Positions 19,231 to 31,678 are shown, counted from the stretch's first letter. The stretch: DNA of 47,314 bases from Candidatus Phoenicimicrobium oleiphilum (GCA_039638295.1 JBDIWJ010000009.1:1-47314); one strand, 5' to 3'. Numbers and translations are program-made. Notes: generated from the sequence alone by a model not told the origin.

Positions 19231-19650
19231 ATTCGTATATCGTATGTAGTATATCGTGATGAATAGGGTGGTGTATATAGCGTTTAGGGCATTAGATATA
19301 GTGATGAGTAATAAGTAATGAGTAATAAGTAATAAATAATAAGAAAAGAAAGTTGGCAGGTTAATGTTACCTGGTTAATTGGTTAAGAAAATAAAAGATA
19401 AAAATTAGCAGTCGGGAACCAAAATTTAGAATCCATTATTCAGAATTACTTTCTAACCCAGCTAAATAAATGTAATTGAAGAATTGATATTAAACTAATT
19501 AACTAACAAACCAATTGACTAGCTAACCAAGTACTAACGACTATCCACTATCGAATATATTAACTGGCTAACCGGGTAACTGGTAAACTGGATAACTAAT
19601 GTAAATGGTTAATTGGTAAATTGGAGAATTGGAGAATTGGTTAATTAGAA
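19231..19650. repeat. Modular 7/8-mer intergenic mosaic repeat
   Basis: TATCGTA, TAGCGTT, (AGTAATR)n, TTGAAGAATTGATATTAAAC, ACTAACGACTA, (AACTGGNT)n, (AATTGGAG)n modules. Confidence 0.8.
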
Positions 19651-19653
19651 TAT

Positions 19654-19920
19654 ATGCGATTAGATAAATTTTTGAAGATAAGTAGAATAATCAAAAGAAG
19701 GACAGAAGCTAAAAAAGCATGTCTCGCTAAATGTGTTAAAGTTAATGATCGAATTGCTAAAGCTGGAGATGAAATTAAAATTGGCGATGAAATAGAAATT
19801 AATTTTGCTCACAAAATACTACAAGCAAGGATATTAGATGTCCCTCTGAAGAACATTCCAGCAGAGAAAGCAATTTCCTTGTATGAGGTAATAAAAGAAA
19901 TTAAAAAGGAAAAAAATTGA
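19654..19920 (+). CDS. S4-domain RNA-binding protein (RqcP/YabO/Hsp15 family)
   Basis: MRLDKFLKISRIIKRRTEAK...VND..AK. Confidence 0.9.
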   Translation: MRLDKFLKISRIIKRRTEAKKACLAKCVKVNDRIAKAGDEIKIGDEIEINFAHKILQARILDVPLKNIPAEKAISLYEVIKEIKKEKN

Positions 19921-20023
19921 AATTTTAAAAAACAATCGGGCAATCAGAAGTCAGAATATAATCGTATGGGGTACGCAATACGCTATACGATATAAGAACG
20001 ACTAAAAAAGAGGTTTTAATCAA

Positions 20024-21379
20024 ATGGAAGAATTATCAGAAAAAATAATAAAGCTGTTAGAAGAGAAAAAAGTCCAGGAAGTAAAAGAAATTATCGACGA
20101 CCTCTACCCCACAGAATTTGCAGAAATAACTGACTATTTATCATTAGAGCAAGTTGTTGAAATATTTAAATTACTTAAAGACGACGAAAGAATTGCTGAA
20201 TTACTTTCAGAATTAAGTTCAGAATTACAAGCAAGTATTATGTCTGCCCTGGGTAAAGAGAAAGCTTCTGATATCTTAGAAGAAATGGATGCTGATGATG
20301 CAGCTGATTTTTTAGGGGAAATTGCTCCTCAAGAGTCCAGAGAATTATTAGATTTAATGCCCAAGGAAGAAGCAGAAGATATCGAAGAATTATTAAAATA
20401 TAAAGAAAATACAGCTGGAAGCATAATGACCAATGAGTTTGTTGCTCTTACTGAGGATCTTACTGCGGAGGAAGCTATAAACAAGATAAGAGAGCTTAGT
20501 CCAGAAGCAGAAATGATTTATTATGTCTATATCGTAGATAAAAGAGGAAGGCTGGTTGGAGTTATATCTTTACGAGATTTAATTGTTGCTGATCCCAAGG
20601 CCAAGATAACGGAAATTATGGAGGAAGATGTAATTAGTGTCTTGGATACCGACGACCAGGAAACTGCAGCTCAAAAAATGTCAGATTATGATTTTTTAGC
20701 TTTACCAGTTGTGGATGAAAAGGGGGTCTTAGTAGGGATCATTACAGTCGATGACATTATTGACGTAATGCGCGAAGAAGTTACCGAGGATATCCATAAA
20801 ATGGTTGGTACATCTGAGGTATATGAAGATAAACTTGTTAAGGCAAGTTCATTAGATAGAGCAAAGGCGAGGGTTCCCTGGTTATTTGTGTGTATATTTG
20901 GAGATATTATTTCTGGTTCTATTATAAAATTTCATTCTGAACTGTTGCAAGCAGTAATAGCTATGGCTTTTTTTATACCTATAATTATGGATATGGGTGG
21001 GAATGTAGGATCCCAATCTTCCACCATTACTGTTCGTGCTTTGGCGACTGGTCAAATTAGAGCAGATGAATTATGGAAAAATATATGGGCTGAATCTAAG
21101 GTAGGATGTATAATAGGTTTGATTGCAGGAGGAATTATTTCTATTGTTGCACTTACTTGGCAAAATGATTATTTATTGGGAGTGATAATAGGTATATCAT
21201 TATGTATAACTATGGTTACTGCTGCTACTGTGGGGGCGTTATTACCATTAATTTTTACAAAAATTAAAATTGATCCTGCAATTGCTGCTGGTCCCTTTAT
21301 TACTACTGCAATTGATGTGAGTGGTTTATTAATTTATTTTAGTTTAGGTACTTTTTTATTTAGATATTTTGGTGGATAG
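20024..21379 (+). CDS. mgtE: Magnesium transporter MgtE
   Basis: N-domain, two CBS domains, R.PWL, MGGNVGSQS, DPAIAAGPFITT.ID. Confidence 0.95.
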   Translation: MEELSEKIIKLLEEKKVQEVKEIIDDLYPTEFAEITDYLSLEQVVEIFKLLKDDERIAELLSELSSELQASIMSALGKEKASDILEEMDADDAADFLGEIAPQESRELLDLMPKEEAEDIEELLKYKENTAGSIMTNEFVALTEDLTAEEAINKIRELSPEAEMIYYVYIVDKRGRLVGVISLRDLIVADPKAKITEIMEEDVISVLDTDDQETAAQKMSDYDFLALPVVDEKGVLVGIITVDDIIDVMREEVTEDIHKMVGTSEVYEDKLVKASSLDRAKARVPWLFVCIFGDIISGSIIKFHSELLQAVIAMAFFIPIIMDMGGNVGSQSSTITVRALATGQIRADELWKNIWAESKVGCIIGLIAGGIISIVALTWQNDYLLGVIIGISLCITMVTAATVGALLPLIFTKIKIDPAIAAGPFITTAIDVSGLLIYFSLGTFLFRYFGG

Positions 21380-21434
21380 AAGATGGGGGCATTTATTTAA
21401 ATTAGACTAAAATATTAAAAAAGAACTTTATTAA

Positions 21435-23020
<1,586 letters not shown>

Positions 23021-23025
23021 AATTA

Positions 23026-23127
23026 GTATCTCGTATTTAATTAGATAGTTGATTGGTTACCTGGTTAGTTAGTTGAAGAATTAATATAAACTAACTAACC
23101 AGCTAACTAAGCAACCAACTAACGATG
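23026..23127. repeat. Modular palindromic element with a perfect 14 bp inner stem
   Basis: CTGGTTAGTTAGTT-GAAGAATTAATATA-AACTAACTAACCAG (23061-23102). Confidence 0.8.
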
Positions 23128-23195
23128 CTGGGTTCTAAATACTAAGAACTTGACCAACTAACAAATTTATAAACATAATAATTATTTGTGAGCTA

Positions 23196-23224
23196 TTGAC
23201 GAGTAAAAAGATTTATCATATAAT
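23196..23224 (+). promoter_or_regulatory. tRNA-Leu promoter
   Basis: TTGACG-N17-TATAAT. Confidence 0.7.
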
Positions 23225-23236
23225 TAATTGCAGTCT

Positions 23237-23322
23237 GCCGGAGTGGCGGAATAGGTAGACGCACAGGACTTAAAATCCTGCGGATCGTAAGATTCGTGCC
23301 GGTTCGATTCCGGCCTCCGGCA
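23237..23322 (+). tRNA. tRNA-Leu(TAA), CCA not fully encoded
   Basis: GCCGGAG acceptor stem, CAGGA-CTTAAAA-TCCTG, long variable arm, GGTTCGATTCC. Confidence 0.95.
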
Positions 23323-23333
23323 CCTATCCTAAA

Positions 23334-23362
23334 TTGACTTAACTAAAAAACAGTGTTAAAAT
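23334..23362 (+). promoter_or_regulatory. Promoter for the tRNA-Met pair
   Basis: TTGACT-N17-TAAAAT with extended TG. Confidence 0.68.
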
Positions 23363-23439
23363 AGTTTATGGCGTTGGAATTTCAAAGGAATACCAATGCT
23401 AAAAAGTGAATTATGTTTTAAATGCAGAATTGAATTTAA

Positions 23440-23532
23440 CAAGATTGTCAGGGAAGGTATCGTATAAAACTGAAAAGAAACAACCAAAGGCATAATAGGA
23501 TTTTAGAGGGAGTTTACTTCCCTACAATTTTG
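23440..23532 (+). repeat. Inverted-repeat-bounded element, copy 3
   Basis: CAAGATTGTCAGGG...GGGAGTTTACTTCCCTACAATTTTG. Confidence 0.8.
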
Positions 23533-23572
23533 AGAAATAAGAAAGTTAAATTAAAAAACTATTATAATACGA

Positions 23573-23649
23573 CGCGGGGTGGAGCAGTCAGGTAGCTCAT
23601 CAGGCTCATAACCTGAAGGTCGGTGGTTCGAATCCGCCCCCCGCAACCA
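23573..23649 (+). tRNA. Initiator tRNA-fMet(CAT)
   Basis: CGCGGGG start with C1:A72 mismatch, CAT anticodon, CCA end. Confidence 0.95.
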
Positions 23650-23698
23650 ATTTTTAAAGACCTCTTAATCAAAATGATAGAGGTTTTTTGTTAATTTA

Positions 23699-23775
23699 GG
23701 CGGTGTAGCTCAGATGGCTAGAGCATGCGGTTCATACCCGCAGTGTCCTGAGTTCGAGTCTCAGCACCGCCACCA
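23699..23775 (+). tRNA. tRNA-Met(CAT), elongator-type
   Basis: GGCGGTG acceptor, TGCGG-TTCATAC-CCGCA, CCA end; resembles Firmicutes elongator Met more than Ile2. Confidence 0.88.
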
Positions 23776-23846
23776 AAGAATATATAGTACCAATTAGATT
23801 AAAGGCCTTTCAATTGCAAAGGCCTTTAATTACAAGGGGACTAAAA

Positions 23847-25316
23847 ATGTTGGAAAAGAAAGTATTGGAGACAATAAAAAAAAATAATATGCTTTCTTTC
23901 AATGATAGAATTCTGGTAGGAGTATCAGGTGGTCCCGATTCAGTTACCCTGTTAAAAATTTTATTGTCTTTTCAACAAGAGTACAATCTTTCAATCTATA
24001 TTGCTCACCTCAATCATATGTTAAGGGGCAAAGAATCAGACAAAGATGTCGAATTTGTTAAAAATTTAGCCCAAGGTTTAAATCTACCCTGTGAAGTTGA
24101 AAGTTGCAATTTAACTAAAATTGCCCAAAAGAAAAAATTAACCCTTGAAGAGGCTGCTCGGGAATATCGCTATATGTTTTATTTTAGAACTGCTGAAAAA
24201 TTTGGGGCGAATAAGATTGCTTTAGGACACAATGCTGATGATCAGGTAGAAACTGTTTTAATGAGATTTCTAAGAGGGAGTGGGCTGGAAGGATTAATGG
24301 GAATCCCACCAGTTCGAGGTAAAATAATAAGACCTTTAATAGAATGTACCCGAGAAGAAATTGAAGAATATTGTCAGGAACATAAAATTGAATATAGAAT
24401 AGATTCTACCAACAAAGAAGCGATATATTTTAGAAATAAGATAAGATTAGAACTTTTACCCCTTCTTGCCCACGAATATAATGAAAATATTAAAAATGTT
24501 ATACTGCGCTTACAGATTATTATTAGTGAAATTTCAGAGTATCTCCAACAAAAAACAGAATTAATATTTAAAGAGATAGCAGAAGCAGAAATCCAAGGAA
24601 AGGTAATTATCGATTTAGAAAGATTAAACTCGCTCCCCCTGGTTTTCAAGAGAAGGATTATCAGGAAATCTATAGAGGTGATAATAGGAAATTTAAATTC
24701 TATTAGTTTTGCCCATAATGATGAGATATTAAGGCTTATTGAAAATCAATCTGGTGAAAAGGAAATTTATCTTCCCAATAATTTAAGAATTAAAAAGGTT
24801 TACAATCAACTAATAATTTATAAAAATAAAATTTTTAAACCTCATCCCATAGATAAATCTACTTTTTGGGAATATAATTTATCTGTCCCAGGTTACACAG
24901 AGATTAAACCCCTTGGCATAAAAGTGGAAACTAAAATATTGGACTTTATAAATGTTAAAACTTCTTTGCACTATAATAGGGAAAAATCTGATTCGGAATT
25001 TGCAGAACTTATTGATTATAACAAAGTTAAACATCCTCTAAAATTAAGGAATAGAAGGACAGGGGATAGATTTTACCCCTTAAATATGAGAGGCGAAAAA
25101 AAGGTTAAGGATTTTTTTATTGATAATAAAGTTCCTAAAAGTAATCGGGATTTAATCCCTATCTTGGTTGATGGGGATGGTAAGATCATATGGATTGTGG
25201 GGATGAGATTAGATGAACGGGTAAAGATTACTTCTAATACTAAAAAGGCACTACATATAAATATAAAAACAAAGAATAATTTATGGTATCAATTTTCAAA
25301 AATATCTGTACTATAA
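23847..25316 (+). CDS. tilS: tRNA(Ile)-lysidine synthetase
   Basis: SGGPDS, HLNHMLRG, EEAAR..RY, GHNADDQVET, RNKIR; ATG at 23847 after AAGGGGA. Confidence 0.95.
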   Translation: MLEKKVLETIKKNNMLSFNDRILVGVSGGPDSVTLLKILLSFQQEYNLSIYIAHLNHMLRGKESDKDVEFVKNLAQGLNLPCEVESCNLTKIAQKKKLTLEEAAREYRYMFYFRTAEKFGANKIALGHNADDQVETVLMRFLRGSGLEGLMGIPPVRGKIIRPLIECTREEIEEYCQEHKIEYRIDSTNKEAIYFRNKIRLELLPLLAHEYNENIKNVILRLQIIISEISEYLQQKTELIFKEIAEAEIQGKVIIDLERLNSLPLVFKRRIIRKSIEVIIGNLNSISFAHNDEILRLIENQSGEKEIYLPNNLRIKKVYNQLIIYKNKIFKPHPIDKSTFWEYNLSVPGYTEIKPLGIKVETKILDFINVKTSLHYNREKSDSEFAELIDYNKVKHPLKLRNRRTGDRFYPLNMRGEKKVKDFFIDNKVPKSNRDLIPILVDGDGKIIWIVGMRLDERVKITSNTKKALHINIKTKNNLWYQFSKISVL

Positions 25317-25364
25317 ATTATAGTATTTTAAAATAGGTGATTTAAAAATAAAAGGAGGGAAAAT

Positions 25365-25919
25365 ATGCTAAATAATAATGAAGTTGATGAGATATTAATT
25401 ACTGAGAAAGAAATCAAAGAGAAAATTTTAGAATTAGGGGAAAAAATAACCGAAGACTATCAGGACAAAGATCTTGTCTTTGTTGGTGTATTAAGAGGAG
25501 CAGTGATCTTTATGGCTGATCTGGCTCGAGCAATCTCTGTACCTATGGTATTTGATTTTATAGCTATTTCCAGTTATGGTGCGGCGACTGAATCTTCTGG
25601 TGTAGTTAGAATATTAAAAGATTTAGATGAAACTATCGAAGGCAAAGATGTCCTAATAGTAGAAGATATAGTCGATACCGGTTTAACTCTTGATTATCTA
25701 ATTCGTATATTTAAATCACGTAAACCTGCCAGCTTAAAAGTCTGCACTTTTTTAAATAAAAGTGCCAGAAGAAAAGTAAGAGTTAAGGTTGATTATTCAG
25801 GGTTTGACATCCCTAATAAATTTGTAGTAGGCTATGGTTTGGATTATGCAGGAAAGTTTAGGAATATCCCTTATGTTTTTACTCTTAATCCCAAAATATA
25901 CAAGGGAGAATTAAAGTAA
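25365..25919 (+). CDS. hpt: Hypoxanthine phosphoribosyltransferase
   Basis: VLIVEDIVDTGLTL, FVVGYGLDY; tilS-hpt-ftsH synteny. Confidence 0.96.
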   Translation: MLNNNEVDEILITEKEIKEKILELGEKITEDYQDKDLVFVGVLRGAVIFMADLARAISVPMVFDFIAISSYGAATESSGVVRILKDLDETIEGKDVLIVEDIVDTGLTLDYLIRIFKSRKPASLKVCTFLNKSARRKVRVKVDYSGFDIPNKFVVGYGLDYAGKFRNIPYVFTLNPKIYKGELK

Positions 25920-26052
25920 GTAATTAGTCGTTAGTGAATAGTCGATAGTATTAGTACAGCGTTTAGCGTATAGGATAAATCAATAAGCTTAAAGCTAAAA
26001 GCCATAATTAAAACTTAAAACTTTTTTGTATTTCAAATAAAGTATTTTTTTA

Positions 26053-26112
26053 ATGTAGGGGTCGGATTTATCCGACCCGTGTTTACGGGCTTGATAAATC
26101 AAGCTCCTACAT
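26053..26112. repeat. GTAG-type REP doublet
   Basis: GTAGGGGTCGGATTTATCCGACCC...GGGCTTGATAAATCAAGCTCCTAC. Confidence 0.8.
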
Positions 26113-26325
26113 CTGTCATTCCCATAAAATTTGCAATTTTCAACTTATTACTTATTACCGTATTTTAACTGGCCAACTAACTAAATGTGAGATACGATTC
26201 ACGAGATATGATTGATATGTTTGTTTTTATTTAAAAATTATGTTAAAATTATTTTGCGATAAGCTTATTAATATTAAAGTATATCAAAAATATTATAATA
26301 AAAGGAGAAGTTATTCTTAGATAAG

Positions 26326-28191
26326 ATGCCAAATTTTAATAAAGGAAATTTAAAAGGAAATAAAAATTATAGAAATATAGGTTTATATTTGCTGGTATTG
26401 ATTATAACAGTGTCAATTATAAGTTCATTTTTTGAGCCAAAATCTTCTACTCAAGAATTTACCTATTCCCAATTTTTAAAAGAAGTAGAGGCAAATAATG
26501 TATCTATAGTGACCATTACAGAGAATTCTATCACTGGCAGTCTAATTGATGGCACAAAATTTTCTACATATTCACCCAATGATCCCGAATTGATAAATAT
26601 TCTTCGAAGTAAAAATATAATAATAGAAGCTAAACCTCCTGTGGAGGTATCCTGGTGGATGCGTTTACTTTCATCTATCTTGCCTATGCTATTGATCATT
26701 GGGGTATGGTTATTTATGTTACAACAGATGCAAGGTGGGGGGAATAAAGTTATGTCTTTTGGCAAAAGTAGAGCCAAACTTTTAGGAAAAGAAACCCCCA
26801 AGGTAACCTTTAAAGATGTAGCTGGAATTGATGAGGCAGAAGAGGAGGTTGCGGAAGTAATTGAATTTTTAAAGAATCCAGTAAAATTTAAAAAATTAGG
26901 TGCTAAAATACCTCGAGGAATCCTGCTTTATGGACCACCAGGAGCAGGTAAAACCTTACTAGCTCGAGCTATTGCTGGCGAAGCCGGGGTACCTTTCTTT
27001 AGTATCAGTGGGTCTGATTTTGTAGAGATGTTTGTAGGGGTTGGTGCTTCTCGAGTAAGGGATTTATTTAAACAGGCGAAAACTAATGCACCTTGTATTA
27101 TCTTTATGGACGAAATTGATGCAGTAGGTAGACATCGGGGGGCTGGCTTAGGCGGAGGACATGATGAGAGGGAGCAGACCTTAAACCAGTTGTTGGTGGA
27201 AATGGATGGTTTTGATCAGAATTTAGGAATTATTATGATTGCTGCCACTAACCGCCCAGATATTTTAGATCCAGCACTATTACGACCAGGTAGATTTGAT
27301 CGACGTATTGTGGTAGACCGACCTGATATATTGGGTCGGGAAGCAATTTTGAAAGTCCATACCAGAGGGAAGCCTTTGGCTAAAGATGTGGATATTAAAG
27401 TTTTAGCCAGAAGAACTCCGGGATTTGTTGGTTCTGATTTGGCTAATATGGTGAATGAAGCAGCTTTATTAGCTTCAAGAAAAGGCAAGAATGAAATAGG
27501 AATGGAAGAATTAGAAGCAGCTATAGACCGAGTTATTGCTGGGCCCGAAAGAAAGAGTAGATTAATTAGCGAAAAAGAAAAGGAGATAATCGCCTATCAT
27601 GAATCAGGTCATGCCTTAGTGGCTAAACTTTTACCTAATTGTGACCCCGTGCATAAAATTTCCATAATCCCTCGGGGTAATGCTACTTTGGGTTATACTT
27701 TGCAGCTTCCTACTCAAGATAGGTATCTAATTAGTAAAATAGAGTTAATGGATAGATTAGCAGTTCTATTAGGAGGAAGAGTAGCTGAAGATATAGTATT
27801 TAAAGATGTTACTACTGGAGCTCAGAATGATTTGGAAAGAGCTACTAAAATTGCTCGTCAGATGGTAACCGAATTTGGTATGAGTGAGAGTTTGGGTCCT
27901 ATTACTTTGGGGAAGAAAGAACATCAAATATTTTTGGGTAGAGATATTTCCGAACAACGTGATTATAGTGAAGAAATTGCTAACAAAATCGATAAAGAAG
28001 TTAGAAAAATTATTGAAAGTGCTTACACGCGAGCCAAAGATATTTTAACAAAAAACAAAAGAAAATTAAAAAAGATTGCCCGTAAATTGATAGAAAGAGA
28101 AACCTTAGATGGAAAAGAATTAGATAATTTGTTAAATGGAATAAAATTGGTCAAATTAAATGAGTTTAAGGCAAACTTTTTATTAATTTAA
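26326..28191 (+). CDS. ftsH: ATP-dependent zinc metalloprotease FtsH
   Basis: Two TM helices, [28 protein letters not shown]. Confidence 0.97.
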   Translation: MPNFNKGNLKGNKNYRNIGLYLLVLIITVSIISSFFEPKSSTQEFTYSQFLKEVEANNVSIVTITENSITGSLIDGTKFSTYSPNDPELINILRSKNIIIEAKPPVEVSWWMRLLSSILPMLLIIGVWLFMLQQMQGGGNKVMSFGKSRAKLLGKETPKVTFKDVAGIDEAEEEVAEVIEFLKNPVKFKKLGAKIPRGILLYGPPGAGKTLLARAIAGEAGVPFFSISGSDFVEMFVGVGASRVRDLFKQAKTNAPCIIFMDEIDAVGRHRGAGLGGGHDEREQTLNQLLVEMDGFDQNLGIIMIAATNRPDILDPALLRPGRFDRRIVVDRPDILGREAILKVHTRGKPLAKDVDIKVLARRTPGFVGSDLANMVNEAALLASRKGKNEIGMEELEAAIDRVIAGPERKSRLISEKEKEIIAYHESGHALVAKLLPNCDPVHKISIIPRGNATLGYTLQLPTQDRYLISKIELMDRLAVLLGGRVAEDIVFKDVTTGAQNDLERATKIARQMVTEFGMSESLGPITLGKKEHQIFLGRDISEQRDYSEEIANKIDKEVRKIIESAYTRAKDILTKNKRKLKKIARKLIERETLDGKELDNLLNGIKLVKLNEFKANFLLI

Positions 28192-28200
28192 AAATAATAA

Positions 28201-28453
28201 TTAGACGTTAGTGAATAGTAGATAGTATATAGCGAAAAACAAAAAGTGCAAAACAAAATTTTTATCTTGAGCAAAATACATTAAAACGAGTAATATGTAA
28301 TGTGTAATAATGTTTAATAAGGAAAGAGTTAGATAGTTAGCGCTAGTTAGCTATTTGAGGAGTAAATATATTGAAGAACTAATATAAACCAATTAACCAA
28401 TAAATCAGTTATCTAGGCAACCAATTACCAACGACTATTTACAAATCACTAAG
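28201..28453. repeat. Modular intergenic element, paralog of 34471-34748
   Basis: Shared TAGTGAATAGT..TATATAGCGAAAAACRAAAAGTRCAAAACWAAATT; right arm AACGACTATT. Confidence 0.75.
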
Positions 28454-28470
28454 TTGAGAGGTGAAATAAA

Positions 28471-28683
28471 ATGGAAAAGGAAGATGTTAAACGAGAAAAA
28501 GAAGAAGATAAAGAAGAAGTAGAGAAGAAAAAGAAGGAAGAGTGGCTTAAAAAAGAGAAGATAAGGATGATCGAACAAAGAAAAGAATATATGAGTTACA
28601 TAAAAGGAGTAATGCGGAAAAAAGGGTTTAATCCAAAATTAAAAAAGGATAAATTTTTAGGTGGAGTGAGAGGAAGAGGATAA
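28471..28683 (+). CDS. Small highly charged hypothetical protein
   Basis: 70 aa, GAGAGGTG RBS, Lys/Glu-rich N-terminus, basic GGVRGRG tail. Confidence 0.6.
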   Translation: MEKEDVKREKEEDKEEVEKKKKEEWLKKEKIRMIEQRKEYMSYIKGVMRKKGFNPKLKKDKFLGGVRGRG

Positions 28684-28954
28684 GAACAAAATATTGAAAA
28701 TTTTTTATAGAAAAGAAGGAATTTTGGAATAAGATGTAGTATATAGTTAATTACTAATAATTATTTGCCTTTTTGTATAAAGATGTTAGTACCATGAGAT
28801 AAGGAGTGATTTTTAATTTTTGGAGTTAATGATCAAAAGAGCAAAAAGGCAAACAAAATTAGAAAGGAGGTGTAAAAAGGGATACAAAACATAAAAAGAG
28901 TTAGAGTTAATTTTTTGATAAATTAAAAAATATTAAGGAGGAGAACAATTAATA

Positions 28955-30544
28955 ATGAGAAAAAATATTTTAATATTAATTTTATCTTTAAGTCTAATAA
29001 TGGGGTTTAGTTTGGCAGCTATTACAGCACCAGTAACACTACAATGGAATTTAGGTACAGAGCCCCCCACCTTAGATCCTGCTTTAGCTACTGATACAAC
29101 TTCGGTTGATGTAATAGAACAGCTGTTTTTGGGCTTAACCGATTATGATGATGAGACTATGGAAGTTGTCCCTGAACTGGCTACCTCTTGGGAATGTTCA
29201 GAAGATGGACTGGTTTGGGCTTTCCATCTAAGAAAAGATGTAAAATGGACTGACGGAAGACCGGTTACTGCTCATGATATAGAATATGCAGTTAAAAGAA
29301 CTTTAGACCCGGCAACTGCCTCCGATTATGCCTATGTACTCTATATTATTAAAGGAGCTAAAGAGGTTAACACCGGCGAAATAAAAGACCTGAACTATAT
29401 AGGAGTAAAGGCAATAGATGATTATACTATTCAGTTTGCTTTAAATCATCCTGCCGGTTATTTCCCCTGTATAGCCGGTATGTGGGTGACCAGACCTGTT
29501 CCCAGATGGACTATCGAAAAGTATGGTGATAAATGGACTGAACCAGAAAATATCGTCACCAATGGTCCTTATCTCCTAACAAAATGGGCCCACGAAGATG
29601 AAATAATTTTGGAAAAGAATCCTGATTATTTTGATGCTGATAATGTCCAGATAGAAAGGGTTCATTGTGTGATGATTGTAGAGGCTTCTACTGCTATGGC
29701 TATGTATGAAGAAGGAAAATTGGATTCTGTAGGAGTTCCTTTAGATGATATGGATAGGGTAAAAGCAGATCCAGTATTAAGCAAAGAACTGACCATTGCG
29801 CCTTATCTTTGTACTTACTATTATGGATTTAACAATAGTAAACCGCCAATGGATAATCCTTTAGTCCGCAAGGCATTTTCTGCTGCTATTGACAGGAAGA
29901 GCTTAATAGATTACGTTACCAAAGGTGAGCAGGTACCTGCCACTACCTTCACCTGCCCGGGTATCTTTGGTCATGTACCTCCTGAAGAAGGAATTGGAAT
30001 AGGTTATGACCCGGAAGCAGCAAGGAAATATTTAGCTGATGCCGGATATCCTGAAGGTAAAGGCCTTCCAGAAATTACTTTAATGTTTAACACCTCTGAA
30101 GGGCATCGGAAAATTGCTCAGGCTATTCAGCAGATGTGGAAGGAAGTATTAGGGGTAGAAGTTAATTTAACTAACCAAGAGTGGAAGGTATATCTTAAGA
30201 CTTTAAGTGAGGACGCTCCCCAGATATTCCGCTTGGGTTGGTGTGCTGATTATCCTGATGCCAATAACTGGCTTTACGAAGTTTTCCACTCTACCGATAG
30301 TGAGAACAGGATTAAATGGCATAATGCGGAATTTGATAGGGTAGTAGAAGAGGCAGCAAGAGAGTCCGATTCAGCAAAGAGGTTGGAACTTTACAAGAGA
30401 GCAGAACAGATTCTTTGTGAAGAAGAAGCCGGTATAGCTCCAATCTATTTCTACACCATAGTAAATCTTACCAAACCTTACCTTAAACGTACTTTTGCTC
30501 CGATGGGTGGAGAACATTTTAGAGATTGGAGAATTACAAAATAG
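28955..30544 (+). CDS. oppA: Oligopeptide ABC transporter substrate-binding protein
   Basis: Signal peptide, EPPTLDP, PELATSW, WTDG.PVTAHD, NGPY, GWCADYPD. Confidence 0.92.
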   Translation: MRKNILILILSLSLIMGFSLAAITAPVTLQWNLGTEPPTLDPALATDTTSVDVIEQLFLGLTDYDDETMEVVPELATSWECSEDGLVWAFHLRKDVKWTDGRPVTAHDIEYAVKRTLDPATASDYAYVLYIIKGAKEVNTGEIKDLNYIGVKAIDDYTIQFALNHPAGYFPCIAGMWVTRPVPRWTIEKYGDKWTEPENIVTNGPYLLTKWAHEDEIILEKNPDYFDADNVQIERVHCVMIVEASTAMAMYEEGKLDSVGVPLDDMDRVKADPVLSKELTIAPYLCTYYYGFNNSKPPMDNPLVRKAFSAAIDRKSLIDYVTKGEQVPATTFTCPGIFGHVPPEEGIGIGYDPEAARKYLADAGYPEGKGLPEITLMFNTSEGHRKIAQAIQQMWKEVLGVEVNLTNQEWKVYLKTLSEDAPQIFRLGWCADYPDANNWLYEVFHSTDSENRIKWHNAEFDRVVEEAARESDSAKRLELYKRAEQILCEEEAGIAPIYFYTIVNLTKPYLKRTFAPMGGEHFRDWRITK

Positions 30545-30579
30545 CAGAATTTAAAAACATCGATTTGTTTTAGTTTCTT

Positions 30580-30631
30580 AAAATAGCCATGCATCCTTAA
30601 ATAAAAATATGAGGATTGCATGGCTATTTTT
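30580..30631 (+). terminator. Hairpin after oppA (terminator or mRNA stabiliser)
   Basis: AAAATAGCCATGCA/TGCATGGCTATTTT. Confidence 0.65.
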
Positions 30632-30760
30632 CGGCTTTATTTTTTATCACTTTATGATATAATATTTTGGTAAAATTCCAAGAGATAAATTAATTATTTT
30701 TTTATTTATCTGATGCTATAATAAAACTTAATAAAAATTGAAAAGAAAAGGAGGAGAAGT

Positions 30761-31678
30761 ATGATCAATTTTGTTATTAGGAGAATTTTATGGTCAATAC
30801 CGGTTTTATTGATAATATCTTTAGTAACTTTTGGTTTAGGTCATGCTATTCCTGGAGGTCCCTTCGATAAAGAAAAACCATTACCAGCTGAGATTATCGC
30901 CAATTTAGAAGCTTACTATGGTTTAGATGACCCTTTATGGAAGCAGTATACAGATTATTTATGGAATGCCCTTCACGGTGATTTCGGCCCTTCTTATTCT
31001 TCTCGAAGTAGGACGGTAAATGATATTATAAGCACACATTTTCCCGTTTCAGCCCAACTGGGGGTATTAGCTTTAATTGTAGCTATGGTGGTGGGAATTC
31101 CTCTGGGGATGATTTCTGCCCTAAAACAAAATTCTTTTATAGATTATTTCTGTATGTTCCTTGCTTTATTAGGGGTTTCTGTCCCAGCGATGACTTTAGG
31201 GCCCCTTCTAATCTGGTTTTTTGCTTTAAAATTGCATATCTTACCTGTAGCGCGATGGGGGACCTGGCAGCAAGCGATTTTACCTGCTGTTACCTTAGGT
31301 ATAGGAAGTGCTGCACTACTGGCTCGATTGACTCGGGCAAGCATGCTACAAGTAATTAGAGAAGATTACATTAGAACTGCAAGAGCGAAAGGAGTTTCGG
31401 AGAAAAATGTTACTATCCATCATGCATTGAAAAATGCCCTTATTCCGGTGGTAACTGTAATAGGTCCCATGTTTGCTGCCTTAGTTACCGGTTCTTTAAT
31501 TGTAGAGCAGATATTTGCTATCCCGGGTTGTGGCAAATATTTCGTAACCAGTATTACCAATCGAGATTATCCCGTGGTTTTAGGTATTATGTTACTTTAT
31601 GCAGTTATAATAATTGCAGCTAATCTATTGGTTGATATCACCTATTCCTGGATTGATCCTCGGATTAGGTATACTTAA
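30761..31678 (+). CDS. oppB: Oligopeptide ABC transporter permease
   Basis: PGGPF, YGLD.PL..QY, DYIRTARAKG, NRDYP, DPRI. Confidence 0.93.
   Translation: MINFVIRRILWSIPVLLIISLVTFGLGHAIPGGPFDKEKPLPAEIIANLEAYYGLDDPLWKQYTDYLWNALHGDFGPSYSSRSRTVNDIISTHFPVSAQLGVLALIVAMVVGIPLGMISALKQNSFIDYFCMFLALLGVSVPAMTLGPLLIWFFALKLHILPVARWGTWQQAILPAVTLGIGSAALLARLTRASMLQVIREDYIRTARAKGVSEKNVTIHHALKNALIPVVTVIGPMFAALVTGSLIVEQIFAIPGCGKYFVTSITNRDYPVVLGIMLLYAVIIIAANLLVDITYSWIDPRIRYT

Noticed and set aside
19231..19650. Possible CRISPR array in repeat-rich spacers
   Set aside because: No constant-length direct repeats with unique spacers, and no cas genes
23699..23775. tRNA-Ile2(CAT) call because it is next to tilS
   Set aside because: Acceptor stem and TTCATAC loop resemble elongator tRNA-Met; an isotype model is needed to settle it
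23814..23846. TTG start for tilS
   Set aside because: Lies inside a hairpin after the tRNA; ATG at 23847 has an RBS
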